This document shows, one piece after another, positions 29,805-39,490 of a stretch of 64,000 nt of DNA; the stretch's first letter is position 1, and the number at the start of each line of letters is the position of its first letter. The notes under the pieces are model-generated. The model saw nothing but the letters and a program-made list of their open reading frames with translations. It was not told the origin of the DNA and did no database searches. The stretch is taken from contig CAVXGR010000009.1 in assembly GCA_963761335.1 (NCBI GenBank), forward strand, positions 32,001 through 96,000, written 5' to 3'. Made by a program: the position numbers and the translations under genes. The stretch is from an uncultured delta proteobacterium. Lineage in GTDB: Bacteria; Desulfobacterota; Binatia; HRBIN30; BPIQ01.

Positions 29805-30302
29805 GGGGACACGCTACTTTTGCCTACTCGGACTCTCGGCACTGCTGCGAGCTCGGCAGCAAAAGTTGCCTGCTTCGAAAATCTGTTGGGTGAAGGTCTG
29901 GCGGAGTCCCGGCGCTGGGGTGGAGGCTTATCGCCCCGGAGGGGCGTAGGCATGTAGCCCCGGGTGTCAACCCGGGGACCGCGTTCCGATTGGCCCAGAT
30001 CAGCGCCCCGGAAGGGCGCGGGCGTAGAGGCCGCGTGAATCACCTCGATGAGCGTCCCACGCACCCAGCGGTGAGCATCGGCGTAGAGGCGCGACATCGA
30101 CGGAAGTTTGCCCGCGCCCCCTGGCGGGGCGCCTATGACGAAGCGCGCATTTTTCCCGGGTTTCACCCGGGGCTACACGCCACCGCCCCTCCGGGGCGAA
30201 CTTCGCCCAGGCGAGAACCGCCAAATCTCTCTACGGGGCAGATCCCCAGCCTCATCTTCATCGTCTGCTGGCGAGCCGCAAGGTTCATGAGGCACTGTCC
30301 CC
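29805..30302 (+). mobile_element. Host REP hairpin interrupted by a 425-bp insert (29873-30297), copy 2, cargo type A
   Basis: GGGGACACGCTACTTTTGC pairs with GCAAAAGTTGCCTG|TCCCC; CTG at both junctions. Confidence 0.8.
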
Positions 30303-30357
30303 TTCACCGCGGGACAGCGTGACGTCGGCGGCGGCTCTGTGCTAGGCTCCGCGGCGC

Positions 30358-30822
30358 ATGGCCAAGTTCCCCACCGAGGTCGAGCACTCGGTCACTGTCA
30401 AGGTGCCGCTGCCGCGCGCCTACGACTACATGTGGGACGTCCTCACGTCATCGCAGTGCATCAGCGGGCTCGACAGCTGCGAGCGCACCAAGAAGGACAC
30501 CTATCGCTTCGTCTTCGAGGAACGCTCCACCGGGCCGGTGAGCCTGGTGCCGGTCTACACCGCCCGCTACGAAGGCAACGGCAAGGACCGCATCACCTTC
30601 AAGGGCACCGGCGCCACGGGTGACAACACCGACGTCGACGGCACCATCGAGCTGCACGCCAAGGGCGACTCCACCCGCATCACGCTGCGGCAGATGATCG
30701 CGCCGGACACCCCGGTGCCGCGCCTGGTGCAGGGGCTCATCCGCTCGTTCGTCGAGCGCGAGGCCTCCGGGGCGGTGAAGCAGTACCTGGCGAACGTCAG
30801 GAAGACGCTCGAGTCGTCCTAG
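30358..30822 (+). CDS. SRPBCC/CoxG-family ligand-binding protein
   Basis: SVTVKVPLPRAYDYMWD...CISG pattern, 154 aa, C-terminal helix. Confidence 0.75.
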   Translation: MAKFPTEVEHSVTVKVPLPRAYDYMWDVLTSSQCISGLDSCERTKKDTYRFVFEERSTGPVSLVPVYTARYEGNGKDRITFKGTGATGDNTDVDGTIELHAKGDSTRITLRQMIAPDTPVPRLVQGLIRSFVEREASGAVKQYLANVRKTLESS

Positions 30823-31363
30823 CTGCCTCGAGGACCTTCGTCGAAGCGGCGGGCTCGAGGTCGATGTCCAGCGTCTCCATGAGACGCGCCATGGTCATGT
30901 AGAACCCGATTGCCAGGATCAGCTCGACGATCTCCTGCGGCGAGAAGGATTTCTCCATCTCCCCGAAGGTGTCGTCACACACCCGCACGTCGCGCACCAG
31001 CTCGGTGGTGAACTCGAGCAGGAGCCGCTCTCTGTCGCTGAAGGAGTCGGCATCGACGTCGCCTTCGTCGAGCGCCTGGATCTGCTGCGGAGTCACCCCG
31101 ACCGCCTCGGCGATGGCAACGTGCTGCACCCACTCGTATTCCGCCGGCGAGAGCTTGGCGACCTGGAGAATTGCCAGCTCCCGCAAGCTGGCATCGAGCT
31201 TCTGCTGGGAGAGAATCACCGACCCCAGGCGCAGCAGAGGCCGGAAGCAGGTCTCGGCGTGCGCCATCAGACGGAAGATGTTCAGCTTGACCGGAAGCTC
31301 GTCGAGCGTCTTGCGGACTTCCTCGGAGGCCTTCTGCGGATCTGCGTAGGGAATACGAGCCAT
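30797..31363 (-). CDS. Carboxymuconolactone decarboxylase/AhpD-like protein
   Basis: MARIPY, LNIFRLMAHA, LRELAILQVA, YEWVQH, IVELILAIGFY. Confidence 0.85.
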   Translation of the reverse strand: MARIPYADPQKASEEVRKTLDELPVKLNIFRLMAHAETCFRPLLRLGSVILSQQKLDASLRELAILQVAKLSPAEYEWVQHVAIAEAVGVTPQQIQALDEGDVDADSFSDRERLLLEFTTELVRDVRVCDDTFGEMEKSFSPQEIVELILAIGFYMTMARLMETLDIDLEPAASTKVLEAARTTRASS

Positions 31364-31438
31364 GGCATCCTCCTGGCTCTGCACGATGGGCGCAATCCGC
31401 GGGAGGCGCAAGCTCCGCCGCGGCGCCGGCGCCGGCGG

Positions 31439-32269
31439 TCACGCCATGAACAGCCCGCCGTTCACGTCCAGCGCCACGCCGTTGATGTACGACGCCTCGT
31501 CGGAGGCGAGAAAGGCGATCACCGCCGCCTGCTCCTCTGGCGTCGACAGGCGCTTGATCGGCATGAAGTATCCGTAGGCCGCCAGGCGCTCGGCGCGCGA
31601 CCTCGCCTCGGCCTCCGAGCCGGCGCGGGCGACACCGCCGGCGCGGATCATCGGCGTATCGACGCCGCCGGGGCAGATGGCGTTGACGCGCACGCCGCGC
31701 GGGCCGTAGTCGAAGGCGAGGTGCCGGGTCAGCCCGAGGAGCCCGGCCTTGCTGGCGCTGTAGGCGAGTCCGCCGTTGGCGCTCTTCGAGCGACCGGCCA
31801 GCGAGGACACATTCACCACGGCGCCGTGACCGCGCGCCGCCATCCCCGGCAGCAGCGCCCGGCACCAGTGGAACGGCCCGCTCAGGTTCACCCCCATCAC
31901 CAGTTGCCAGCGGCCGTCCTCGATCCCTTCGATGCCCTCCATGCCGGCGGTGTCGCCGATGCCGGCAACGTTCGCCAGCACTTCGGCGGCGCCAAGGTCG
32001 CGCTCGATGCGGCGGGCGACGGCATCGACCTCGCCGCTGCTGGAGACGTCACAGGTGAAGGCGCGCGCCACGGCGCCGGACTCGCGAATCGCCGCCGCCG
32101 TCTCCTCGGCGGTGGCGCCATTGCGGTCGATCACCGCCACTGCCGCTCCTTCGCGCGCCAGACGCCGGCAGGTGGCGCGGCCGATGCCGCTGCCGCCGCC
32201 GGTGACCACGGCCACGCGACCTGCGAACCGCCGCCATCCCGAGCCCTCGCCCGCCGGGTTCCCTGCCAT
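31439..32269 (-). CDS. Short-chain dehydrogenase/reductase
   Basis: TGGGSGIG, NVSS, YSASK, VRVNAICPG. Confidence 0.93.
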   Translation of the reverse strand: MAGNPAGEGSGWRRFAGRVAVVTGGGSGIGRATCRRLAREGAAVAVIDRNGATAEETAAAIRESGAVARAFTCDVSSSGEVDAVARRIERDLGAAEVLANVAGIGDTAGMEGIEGIEDGRWQLVMGVNLSGPFHWCRALLPGMAARGHGAVVNVSSLAGRSKSANGGLAYSASKAGLLGLTRHLAFDYGPRGVRVNAICPGGVDTPMIRAGGVARAGSEAEARSRAERLAAYGYFMPIKRLSTPEEQAAVIAFLASDEASYINGVALDVNGGLFMA

Positions 32270-33045
32270 CACTTCTCCTTTCCCGGAAACAGAAAACGCC
32301 GCGGATCCTCGGTGGTCGCCGCCAGGAGAAGATCTCCATCGGTCTCGCTGACGTCGCCGATGGGGACCATGCGGCTGTAGGCGCGGAACTGGGTCTTGGT
32401 CATGTGCAGCGCCCAGGGCGCCTTGGCGGCGAGCTGCTGCACCCATTCGTCGACGGCCACGTCGAGATGCTCTTCGGCGACGACGCGATTGAGCATGCCG
32501 TAGCGCTCCGCGTCGCGCGCCCCGAAGCGGTCGCAGAGAAGGATGAGCTCCTTGGCGCGGGCGGCGCCGACCTCGCGGGCCAGCCGCGGCGCGGCGCCCC
32601 AGCTGAGGGGAATGCCGAGATCCACCTCCGGGATCTGGAAGACAGTGCTCTCCGCGGCGATGCGCAGGTCACACGCCAGCGCCAGGACCACACCGCCGCC
32701 GATGGCGTGGCCGTGCAGCCGCGCGATGGTGATCGCCTCGACGTCCTCGATCGCCTGCAGCGCCCGCCGGCCGACCTGCGAGGCCCAGCGGCGCTCCCGG
32801 GCGCCGGCGCCGGAGGCGCGGGCGAGGCGGGCCGGAGGATCCTTGCGATCGGCACCGGCACAGAACGACCGGCCGCGGCCGCCGAACACCACCACCTGCG
32901 CCTCGAAGTGGCGCTGCAGATCGGAGAATACCTGGGCGATCTCCTCCAGTGCCTGCGCGTTCAGTGCGTTCAACCGCTCGGGCCGGTTGAGCCAGACGCG
33001 AGCCACCGGCCCGTCGCACTCGAGGGTCAGCGTCTCGAATCCCAT
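32269..33045 (-). CDS. Enoyl-CoA hydratase/isomerase family protein
   Basis: LNRPERLNAL, FCAGAD, GHAIGGG, PEVDLGI. Confidence 0.92.
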   Translation of the reverse strand: MGFETLTLECDGPVARVWLNRPERLNALNAQALEEIAQVFSDLQRHFEAQVVVFGGRGRSFCAGADRKDPPARLARASGAGARERRWASQVGRRALQAIEDVEAITIARLHGHAIGGGVVLALACDLRIAAESTVFQIPEVDLGIPLSWGAAPRLAREVGAARAKELILLCDRFGARDAERYGMLNRVVAEEHLDVAVDEWVQQLAAKAPWALHMTKTQFRAYSRMVPIGDVSETDGDLLLAATTEDPRRFLFPGKEK

Positions 33046-33054
33046 GGCGATCGC

Positions 33055-34059
33055 CTACAGCAGCCCGAGATGACGCGCCAACACGTCGGCACCGAGGCCG
33101 AGCAGGAAGAGACTGCCGAAGCGGCGCGTGTGCTGAAAGGCGAAGGCGGCATACCACAGGGGCCAGATGTTGGGCGGGTACTGCGGCGGCGGCTCCTTCG
33201 GGCGGGGGTGGCGGAAGACGCGCACGGAGCGCACGTACCACGGCGCCGCGGCGAAGACGGCGAGCAGCAGCCAGGAGACGTAGCCGCTCAGCACCACCCC
33301 GATCACCAGCAGATACTGGGTGGTGAGCATGCCGATGGTCGCCAGGCGGGCACGGCGCTCGCCCAGCAGCACCGGCATCGTGCGAATTCCCTTGGCGGCA
33401 TCGGCATCGAGCTTGTCGATGTGCTTGCCGAAGAGCACCGTGGTCGACGCCAGCGCCACCGGCAAGCTGGCGAGAATCACCGGCCAGGACATGTGCCCGG
33501 TGATCACGTAGTAGCCGCCGCCGATCATCAGCGGGCCCCAGACGAGGATCACCGCCACCTCGCCCATGCCGATGTACTTCAGCGGCCAGGTGTAGAAGAG
33601 GACGAAGAAGGCGCCGGTGGCCAGCAAGGCCACGGTCGCCTGGCCGCGGACGGCGACCAGGACGATACCGGCGGCGAGGGCGATCATGCCGGTGACGGCG
33701 ATGTAGGTCAGCACCTCGCCGCGGGTCATGAGGCCGTGCTCGAGCGGCTGCGGCCCGTACTGGGCGCGGAAGTAGTTGTCCTTGTCGACCCCTTTGATGT
33801 GGTCGGTGAAGTCGTTCACCAGGTTGTTGGTGGCGTGCGCGAAGAGCAGGCCCACGGTCACCATCAACCACAGCCCGAGATCGAAGGAGCCGTCGCGCGC
33901 CGCCAGCAGCCCGGCGATGGTGGCGGAGATCAGCGTCATGACCAGAACCGCAGAGCGGGTGGCGATCAGCCAGCGCGAGATGATGTCGAGGCCCTTCCAC
34001 TCCTCGTTGCTGACGCGCGGAATGACGTTGACGGCCTTCGCCCACATGGAGACGTTCAT
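33055..34059 (-). CDS. menA: UbiA-family prenyltransferase, MenA-like
   Basis: NLVNDFTDHIKGVD, YTWPLKYIGMGE, DADAAKGIRTM; multiple TM helices. Confidence 0.7.
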   Translation of the reverse strand: MNVSMWAKAVNVIPRVSNEEWKGLDIISRWLIATRSAVLVMTLISATIAGLLAARDGSFDLGLWLMVTVGLLFAHATNNLVNDFTDHIKGVDKDNYFRAQYGPQPLEHGLMTRGEVLTYIAVTGMIALAAGIVLVAVRGQATVALLATGAFFVLFYTWPLKYIGMGEVAVILVWGPLMIGGGYYVITGHMSWPVILASLPVALASTTVLFGKHIDKLDADAAKGIRTMPVLLGERRARLATIGMLTTQYLLVIGVVLSGYVSWLLLAVFAAAPWYVRSVRVFRHPRPKEPPPQYPPNIWPLWYAAFAFQHTRRFGSLFLLGLGADVLARHLGLL

Positions 34060-34160
34060 GGCTCAGATCCCTCCCGGCGGCATACCGCCGCCAACCGGAC
34101 TCAGCGTACCCGAAAACGGCGCCGCGGCAAGGGACGCCGGCGCAGCGGGTCCGCACGCCC

Positions 34161-34306
34161 ACGCCCCGGAACGGGGCGCAGGCATGTAGCCCCGGGGGTA
34201 AGAGGCTCTCTCAAAACCAGAAGCGGCGAGACGCCGCTTCTACCTTGGCCCGCGGGCTGGCGGAATCGTTTTGCCCGGGTTTTGAGACAGCCTCGCCAAC
34301 CCGGGG
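34161..34306. repeat. REP family A copy interrupted in its loop by a MITE
   Basis: CATGTAGCCCCGGG[insert]GCCAACCCGGGG compared with intact CATGTAGCCCCGGGTGCCAACCCGGGG at 4091. Confidence 0.75.
34202..34294. mobile_element. 93-bp MITE-like element with 17-bp terminal inverted repeats
   Basis: GAGGCTCTCTCAAAACC / GGTTTTGAGACAGCCTC (16/17); contains one family C REP. Confidence 0.7.
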
Positions 34307-34334
34307 TTCGGGGCGACCCGGCGAGACGCCGCGT

Positions 34335-35576
34335 CTACTCGAGCTTCTGCGGCTCGGCGAGCAGCTCGGCCAGGGTATTGACGAAACGGGCGGCGTCGGC
34401 GCCGTCGACGACGCGGTGGTCGAAGGTCAGCGACACCGGCAACACCTGCCGCGAAACGATGCCGCCCTTCTGGTCGCGGCCGAGACGTTCGGCGATGCGC
34501 CCGGTGGCGAGGATGGCGACCTCGGGGTAATTGGGAATCGGCGTGGCGAACATGCCGCCGATCGAGCCGATGTTGGAGATCGAGAAGGTGCCGCCGCGCA
34601 CCGCCCCGAGATCGACGGCGCGGCGGCGGGCGGCGGCGGCCAGCGACTCGACCTCGGCGGCGATGTCGCCGATCGATTTGCGGTCGGCGTCGCGAATCAC
34701 CGGCACCATGAGCCCGTCGGCGGTGTCGACGGCAATGCCGATGTGCACGTAGTTCTTCAGCAGCACCTCCTCATGCGCGTCGTCCAGGGTGGCATTGAAG
34801 CGGCCGTGCCGCTGCAGCGCCCGCGCCGTCGCCTTCACGATCCACGCAAAGACGCCGGCATGGGCCTCCTGGGCATTCGCGGCGCCGCGGCCGATGGCGA
34901 CCAGCGCGGTGACGTCGATCTCGTCCATGTGCGTCGCCAGCGCCGTATGCGCCACCGCCATCTTCAGCCGCCGGGCGATGGTGCGGCGGATGCCGCGCAG
35001 GGCCACGCGCTCGACGGCGCCGTACTCGTCGCGCGCCTCGAGATGCCCCGGCGTCTCCGCCTGCTCCGCCGCCGCCTCGCGCACGTCGGCCTCGGTGACC
35101 CGGCCGCCGCTGCCGCTGCCGCCGATCTCCTCGATGGCAACGCCGAGGTCGCGCGCCAAGCGCCGCACCGCCGGGGTCGCCAGCACCTGGTGCTCGGAGC
35201 TGCCCCGCGGCGCCGCCGGCGGCGGCGGCAGATCGACGACCCGATCGTCGAGGACGCCGACAACCGTGGTCGACTGGCGCCGCTCCGCGGGCGTGGCCTT
35301 CCGCGCCGCGGCCGGCGCCGCCTTGTCCTCGCTCTCTCCTGCGCCCAGGATCCACACCAGCACCTCGCCCACCTCGACGGTGTCCCCCTCTCGGTGGCGG
35401 ATGCGGCCGATGCGGCCCGCCGCGGGAGCCGGCACCTCGACCAGCGCCTTGTCGGTCTCGACCCGCAGAATGATCTGATGCTCGGCGACCGCATCGCCCT
35501 CCGCCACCAGCCACTCCACGATCTCCGCCTCGCGGATGCCCTCTCCCAGATCCGGCAAACGAAACTCGACCGCCAT
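34335..35576 (-). CDS. pdhC: 2-oxoacid dehydrogenase E2 (dihydrolipoamide acyltransferase)
   Basis: Lipoyl ETDKA, E3-binding ATPAVRRLA, catalytic DHRVVDG. Confidence 0.9.
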   Translation of the reverse strand: MAVEFRLPDLGEGIREAEIVEWLVAEGDAVAEHQIILRVETDKALVEVPAPAAGRIGRIRHREGDTVEVGEVLVWILGAGESEDKAAPAAARKATPAERRQSTTVVGVLDDRVVDLPPPPAAPRGSSEHQVLATPAVRRLARDLGVAIEEIGGSGSGGRVTEADVREAAAEQAETPGHLEARDEYGAVERVALRGIRRTIARRLKMAVAHTALATHMDEIDVTALVAIGRGAANAQEAHAGVFAWIVKATARALQRHGRFNATLDDAHEEVLLKNYVHIGIAVDTADGLMVPVIRDADRKSIGDIAAEVESLAAAARRRAVDLGAVRGGTFSISNIGSIGGMFATPIPNYPEVAILATGRIAERLGRDQKGGIVSRQVLPVSLTFDHRVVDGADAARFVNTLAELLAEPQKLE

Positions 35577-35591
35577 GCCCGATCCTCGGTC

Positions 35592-36563
35592 TCAGAACGC
35601 CAGGGCCTCGTCGATCGCCTGCGCGATCCTGGCGGCACCGGGCAGATAGGCGGACTCCAGCTTGTAGAGGGGCATGATCGCGTCGGCTCCGGCGACGCGG
35701 ATCACTGGCGACTGCAGGTTCAGAAGGCAGTGCTCCTGGATGAGAGCGGCGACCTCCGCCGACAGGCTGCCCGTCTTCGGCGCCTCGCAGGCGATCACGG
35801 CGCGGCCGGTCTTGCGCACCGAGTCGACGATCGTATCGAGATCGAGTGGCGCCAGGCTGCGCAGATCGATCAGCTCGACGTCGGCGCCGGGCCGCTGCTC
35901 GAGGGCTTCGCCGCAGTCCCGTACCAGCGCTCCCCAGGTGATCAGAGTGAGAACGCTGCCCTCGCGCACCACCCGCGCCTCGCCGAGCGGCACCGTGTAC
36001 GGCTCCTCCGGCACCTCCTGGCGCAGCGAGCGGTAGAGCCGCTTGGGCTCGAAGAAGAGAACCGGGTCGGGATCGAGGATGGCGGCGCGCAGCAGCCCCT
36101 TGGCGTCGTAGGGCGTGCTCGGCAGCACGACCTTGAGACCGGGGATGTGGGCGAAGAGCGCCTCGGGGCTGTCGGAGTGATGCTCCGGCGCGTGGATGCC
36201 CCCGCCCCACGGACAGCGCACCACCAGCGGCACCGACCACTGGCCGCGGGAGCGCGTGTGAAAGCGAGCGGCGTGCGAGGCGAGCTGATCGAGGGCCGGC
36301 AGCAGAAACCCCTCGAACTGGATCTCGGCCACCGGCCGCATCCCGGCCAGCGCCATGCCGATGGCAGCGCCGACGATGCCGCTCTCCGCCAGCGGTGTAT
36401 CGATCACCCGCTGCTCGCCGAAGCGTTGCGCCAGCCCCTCCGTGGCGCGAAAGACCCCGCCATTGCGGCCGACGTCCTCGCCGAGCACCACCACGCTCGG
36501 GTCTTCCTCGAGCGCCTGCACGAGCGCCTCTTGAACGGCCTGCACCAGGGTTCGCGCCGCCAT
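35592..36563 (-). CDS. pdhB: 2-oxoacid dehydrogenase E1 beta
   Basis: GEDVGRNGGVFRAT, DTPLAESG, EHHSDSPEA, IDLRSLAPLD. Confidence 0.92.
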   Translation of the reverse strand: MAARTLVQAVQEALVQALEEDPSVVVLGEDVGRNGGVFRATEGLAQRFGEQRVIDTPLAESGIVGAAIGMALAGMRPVAEIQFEGFLLPALDQLASHAARFHTRSRGQWSVPLVVRCPWGGGIHAPEHHSDSPEALFAHIPGLKVVLPSTPYDAKGLLRAAILDPDPVLFFEPKRLYRSLRQEVPEEPYTVPLGEARVVREGSVLTLITWGALVRDCGEALEQRPGADVELIDLRSLAPLDLDTIVDSVRKTGRAVIACEAPKTGSLSAEVAALIQEHCLLNLQSPVIRVAGADAIMPLYKLESAYLPGAARIAQAIDEALAF

Positions 36564-36573
36564 GAAACCTCCT

Positions 36574-37686
36574 TCACGAAACCGTCTTGCGCGAGGCGGC
36601 GGCCGAGAGGGCCGACGGCGGCGCTGGCGCCGCCTGTCGCGGGCGCGGCGCCAGATGGTGCGCCGGCGAATTGCCCCAGGTGTAGCGCAGGATGTCGGCG
36701 AGATCCGGAGGCGGCATGGCCTCGGCGCGTTCGGTCGCCTCGTCCACCTGGCGCCGGCAATCCTCCACCAGTGCCACCTCGAGCTCCTCGTCCCAGCAAT
36801 TGCGGCCCTCGAGATAGCGACGCATACGGAGCAGCGGATCGCGAGCCTTCCACGCCTCGACCTCGGCGGCGTCCCGGTAGCGGCTGGCGTCGTCGGCAGT
36901 GGTGTGGTCGCCGATGCGATACGTCAGCGCCTCGATGAAGGTGGCGCCGCCGCCGGCACGCGCCCGCTCCACCGCCTCGCGAGTCGCCGCGTAGCAGGCG
37001 AGCACGTCGTTGCCGTCGACCTGGATGCCCTCGAGGCCGTAGCCGAGCGCCTTCTGCGCCAGGGTGGCGGCGCTGCACTGGCGGGCCCGCGGAACGCTGA
37101 TCGCCCACTGGTTGTTCTGGCAGAGGAAGACGACCGGCGCCCCGAAGACACCGGCCATGGTCATGCCCTCGTGGAAATCGCCGGTGCTGGTGGCGCCGTC
37201 GCCGAAATAGCAGGCGGTCACCCAGCTCTCGCCGCGCAGCTTGCTGGCCATCGCCATGCCCACCGCGTGCGGCACCTGCGTGCCGACGGGAACCGCGAAC
37301 GGCAGGCAGTGCTTCTCCTTGAAACCCAGCATGCCGCGCTCGTCGCCGCCCCAGTAGGCGAGGATGTTCTCCATGGGGATGCCGCGGCTGATGAGCACGC
37401 CGTTCTCGCGATACGAAGGCACGATCCAGTCCTTGGGAGCGAGCGCCAGGGCGCTGCCCACCTGCGCCGCCTCCTGACCGAGCGATTGCGCGTAGGTGCC
37501 GATCCGCCCCTCCCGCTGCAGAAAGAAGGCGCGCTCGTCAAAGCTGCGCGTCAGCACCATTGCCGCGTACAGGTGGAGCATCTCGGTCTCCGCCAGCGGC
37601 GGTAGCAACTCGGTGTCGGCGCGCCCCTCGGCGTCGAGGATCTGCAGATACGGCACCTCGCCGCGAAAGACGATCTCACGGGGCAT
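36574..37686 (-). CDS. pdhA: 2-oxoacid dehydrogenase E1 alpha (pyruvate or branched-chain)
   Basis: GQEAAQVG, TPP motif GDGATSTGDFHE...QNNQWAIS, YRIGDHTTADD. Confidence 0.92.
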   Translation of the reverse strand: MPREIVFRGEVPYLQILDAEGRADTELLPPLAETEMLHLYAAMVLTRSFDERAFFLQREGRIGTYAQSLGQEAAQVGSALALAPKDWIVPSYRENGVLISRGIPMENILAYWGGDERGMLGFKEKHCLPFAVPVGTQVPHAVGMAMASKLRGESWVTACYFGDGATSTGDFHEGMTMAGVFGAPVVFLCQNNQWAISVPRARQCSAATLAQKALGYGLEGIQVDGNDVLACYAATREAVERARAGGGATFIEALTYRIGDHTTADDASRYRDAAEVEAWKARDPLLRMRRYLEGRNCWDEELEVALVEDCRRQVDEATERAEAMPPPDLADILRYTWGNSPAHHLAPRPRQAAPAPPSALSAAASRKTVS

Positions 37687-37716
37687 AGGGACCCGTTCTC
37701 CTTCCTGCCGGTCAGC

Positions 37717-39417
37717 TCAGCCGGCGAACGACCCTGTACGCCATGCTAGCAAGTTCTGTTCGACTGACCCACCCATCGGTGCGAATCGGGTTTCGGGGTT
37801 GGCGAGTTCCGGAATCCTGAACCGCGCCCGCGTCGTTTGTCGGCGCACCGGCGCCGGCGCCGCCTTCGGCCCGGTGACCCGCGCCGGCTGCGGGGGCGGA
37901 TGCTCGGCGAGGCGATCGCGGCGCACCCAGAAGCTGTTGCCGAAGCCGAACGACTGCATGTGCTCGCGGGAAAGCGACGGAAAGGAGACGCTGTCGTAGA
38001 GCCGGCTCACCATCTGGCGCAGGGCCTCCGCCTTCTCCGGGAGGAGGACGCCCTGGCGCCGCAGCCAGTCGATCAGGTCGAGGCCGCCGGTGTGTGCCGG
38101 CCACGGGTCCTCGGCGATCACAGGGGGCGGATGCGACAGAAGCCGATCGGCAAACCCCGCCAGTCGGCGCTGCGTTTCCGGTGTGCCGAGCCAGAAGGAG
38201 TAGTGCCCCGCCTGCTGCAGGTCGGTGGCGTCGTAGACCATGATCGGGTGATAGGGCGCGATCAGCACCACCGGCTCGTCTCCGGCGACGCTGCGCAGCC
38301 AATCGAGAAGGCGCAGCTGCATCTGCTGCACATCCCGATCGGCGGGAAACGAGATTGCGGCGATCAAGCGCCCGAAGAAGACGACGGCGACGCCGACGGC
38401 GATCAGCGCCCCGTTGCGCCGCAGCACGCCGTAGCGATCGGAGATGAGCGGCACGATCGCGACGAGCAACATTGCCGTAGCCAGCAGCAGGTAGACGGCG
38501 GCGTAGTCGACCTTGTGCGGGTTGGCGAGGTGAAAAACGAGCGCCACCAGCCATACGAGAATGAGCGCCCGTCGCCGCAGCGGCCCCGCCAGGCGGCCGC
38601 GCCACGAGAGCGCGATGGCGGCGACGCCGAAGGCAGCCAGGGTGATCTCCGCCGGACCCACATCGAAGCTCCAGGTCACCACCTCGGAGGAAGAGACGAA
38701 GCGGAACGCCCAGAATATCATCTCGCCCCAGAGCCCGTGCACGGTGACGTAGACGAGGGTGGGAAGCATCCCGAGAAGAAGGCCGCCCGCCCACGCCGCC
38801 GCCTGCCGGCGCCACCGGCGGCGCGGCAGGCAGAGGGCCACCAGCATCGGCTGCACCGTTAGAAAAGGAAGAAGGCGCACCGACATGCTGCAGCCGAGAG
38901 CGAGCGCCGCCGCGGCCAGCAGGGGCCGGCCCGCGCCGGGTGCCTCCGGGTCGATGCCGGCGAGCAGGCAGACGTGCGCCATAAACAGAAGCGCGGCGAC
39001 GTACTCGACGCGAAAGATCCAGACCTGGCAGTAGCTCATGGTGCCGAGCGCCAGGACGGCCAGCACCGCGGCCTGCGCCGCGCCGGCGCGCACGGCGCGC
39101 CCGGCGAGCCAGACGATCAGGCCGAAGACGATTGCCGTGAAGCAGCGGGCGGCGAGCAGGAGCGCCGAGGGCGTGTGGAACCACAGGACCACCGGGCTGA
39201 ACAGCAGCCACAGACCGGGGGGGTGGATCTCGAAGAAGTCGCGATAGGGAAGCGCCCCGTGCGCCACCAGCCAGATGGAGTGCAGGTGATAGACATCGTC
39301 GTCGTTGATCTCGGCGTGCAGGCCGCAGTAGAGGCTGGCGAGAGCGCCCAGGATCGCGGCCAGCGCCAGCCACGGCAGCCGCCCGCGGCGCGGCGCTGTC
39401 AATCCATTCCCTTCCAC
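37717..39417 (-). CDS. Polytopic membrane protein, GT-C glycosyltransferase-like
   Basis: First loop NDDDVYH...PYRDFFEIHPPG, many TM helices, soluble C-terminus. Confidence 0.65.
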   Translation of the reverse strand: MEGNGLTAPRRGRLPWLALAAILGALASLYCGLHAEINDDDVYHLHSIWLVAHGALPYRDFFEIHPPGLWLLFSPVVLWFHTPSALLLAARCFTAIVFGLIVWLAGRAVRAGAAQAAVLAVLALGTMSYCQVWIFRVEYVAALLFMAHVCLLAGIDPEAPGAGRPLLAAAALALGCSMSVRLLPFLTVQPMLVALCLPRRRWRRQAAAWAGGLLLGMLPTLVYVTVHGLWGEMIFWAFRFVSSSEVVTWSFDVGPAEITLAAFGVAAIALSWRGRLAGPLRRRALILVWLVALVFHLANPHKVDYAAVYLLLATAMLLVAIVPLISDRYGVLRRNGALIAVGVAVVFFGRLIAAISFPADRDVQQMQLRLLDWLRSVAGDEPVVLIAPYHPIMVYDATDLQQAGHYSFWLGTPETQRRLAGFADRLLSHPPPVIAEDPWPAHTGGLDLIDWLRRQGVLLPEKAEALRQMVSRLYDSVSFPSLSREHMQSFGFGNSFWVRRDRLAEHPPPQPARVTGPKAAPAPVRRQTTRARFRIPELANPETRFAPMGGSVEQNLLAWRTGSFAG

Positions 39418-39490
39418 CTCACCTCGGCCCTCGATCGGCGCCCTCGTATCGCAGCCAGCGGGTCTTTGCCAGGCCCGCGGCCAGAGCCGC

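Noticed and set aside
29777..30166. N-terminal extension of the aminotransferase ORF, and small ORFs inside the repeat inserts
   Set aside because: They run through palindromic repeat DNA; frames are not preserved between copies and show no transposase motifs.
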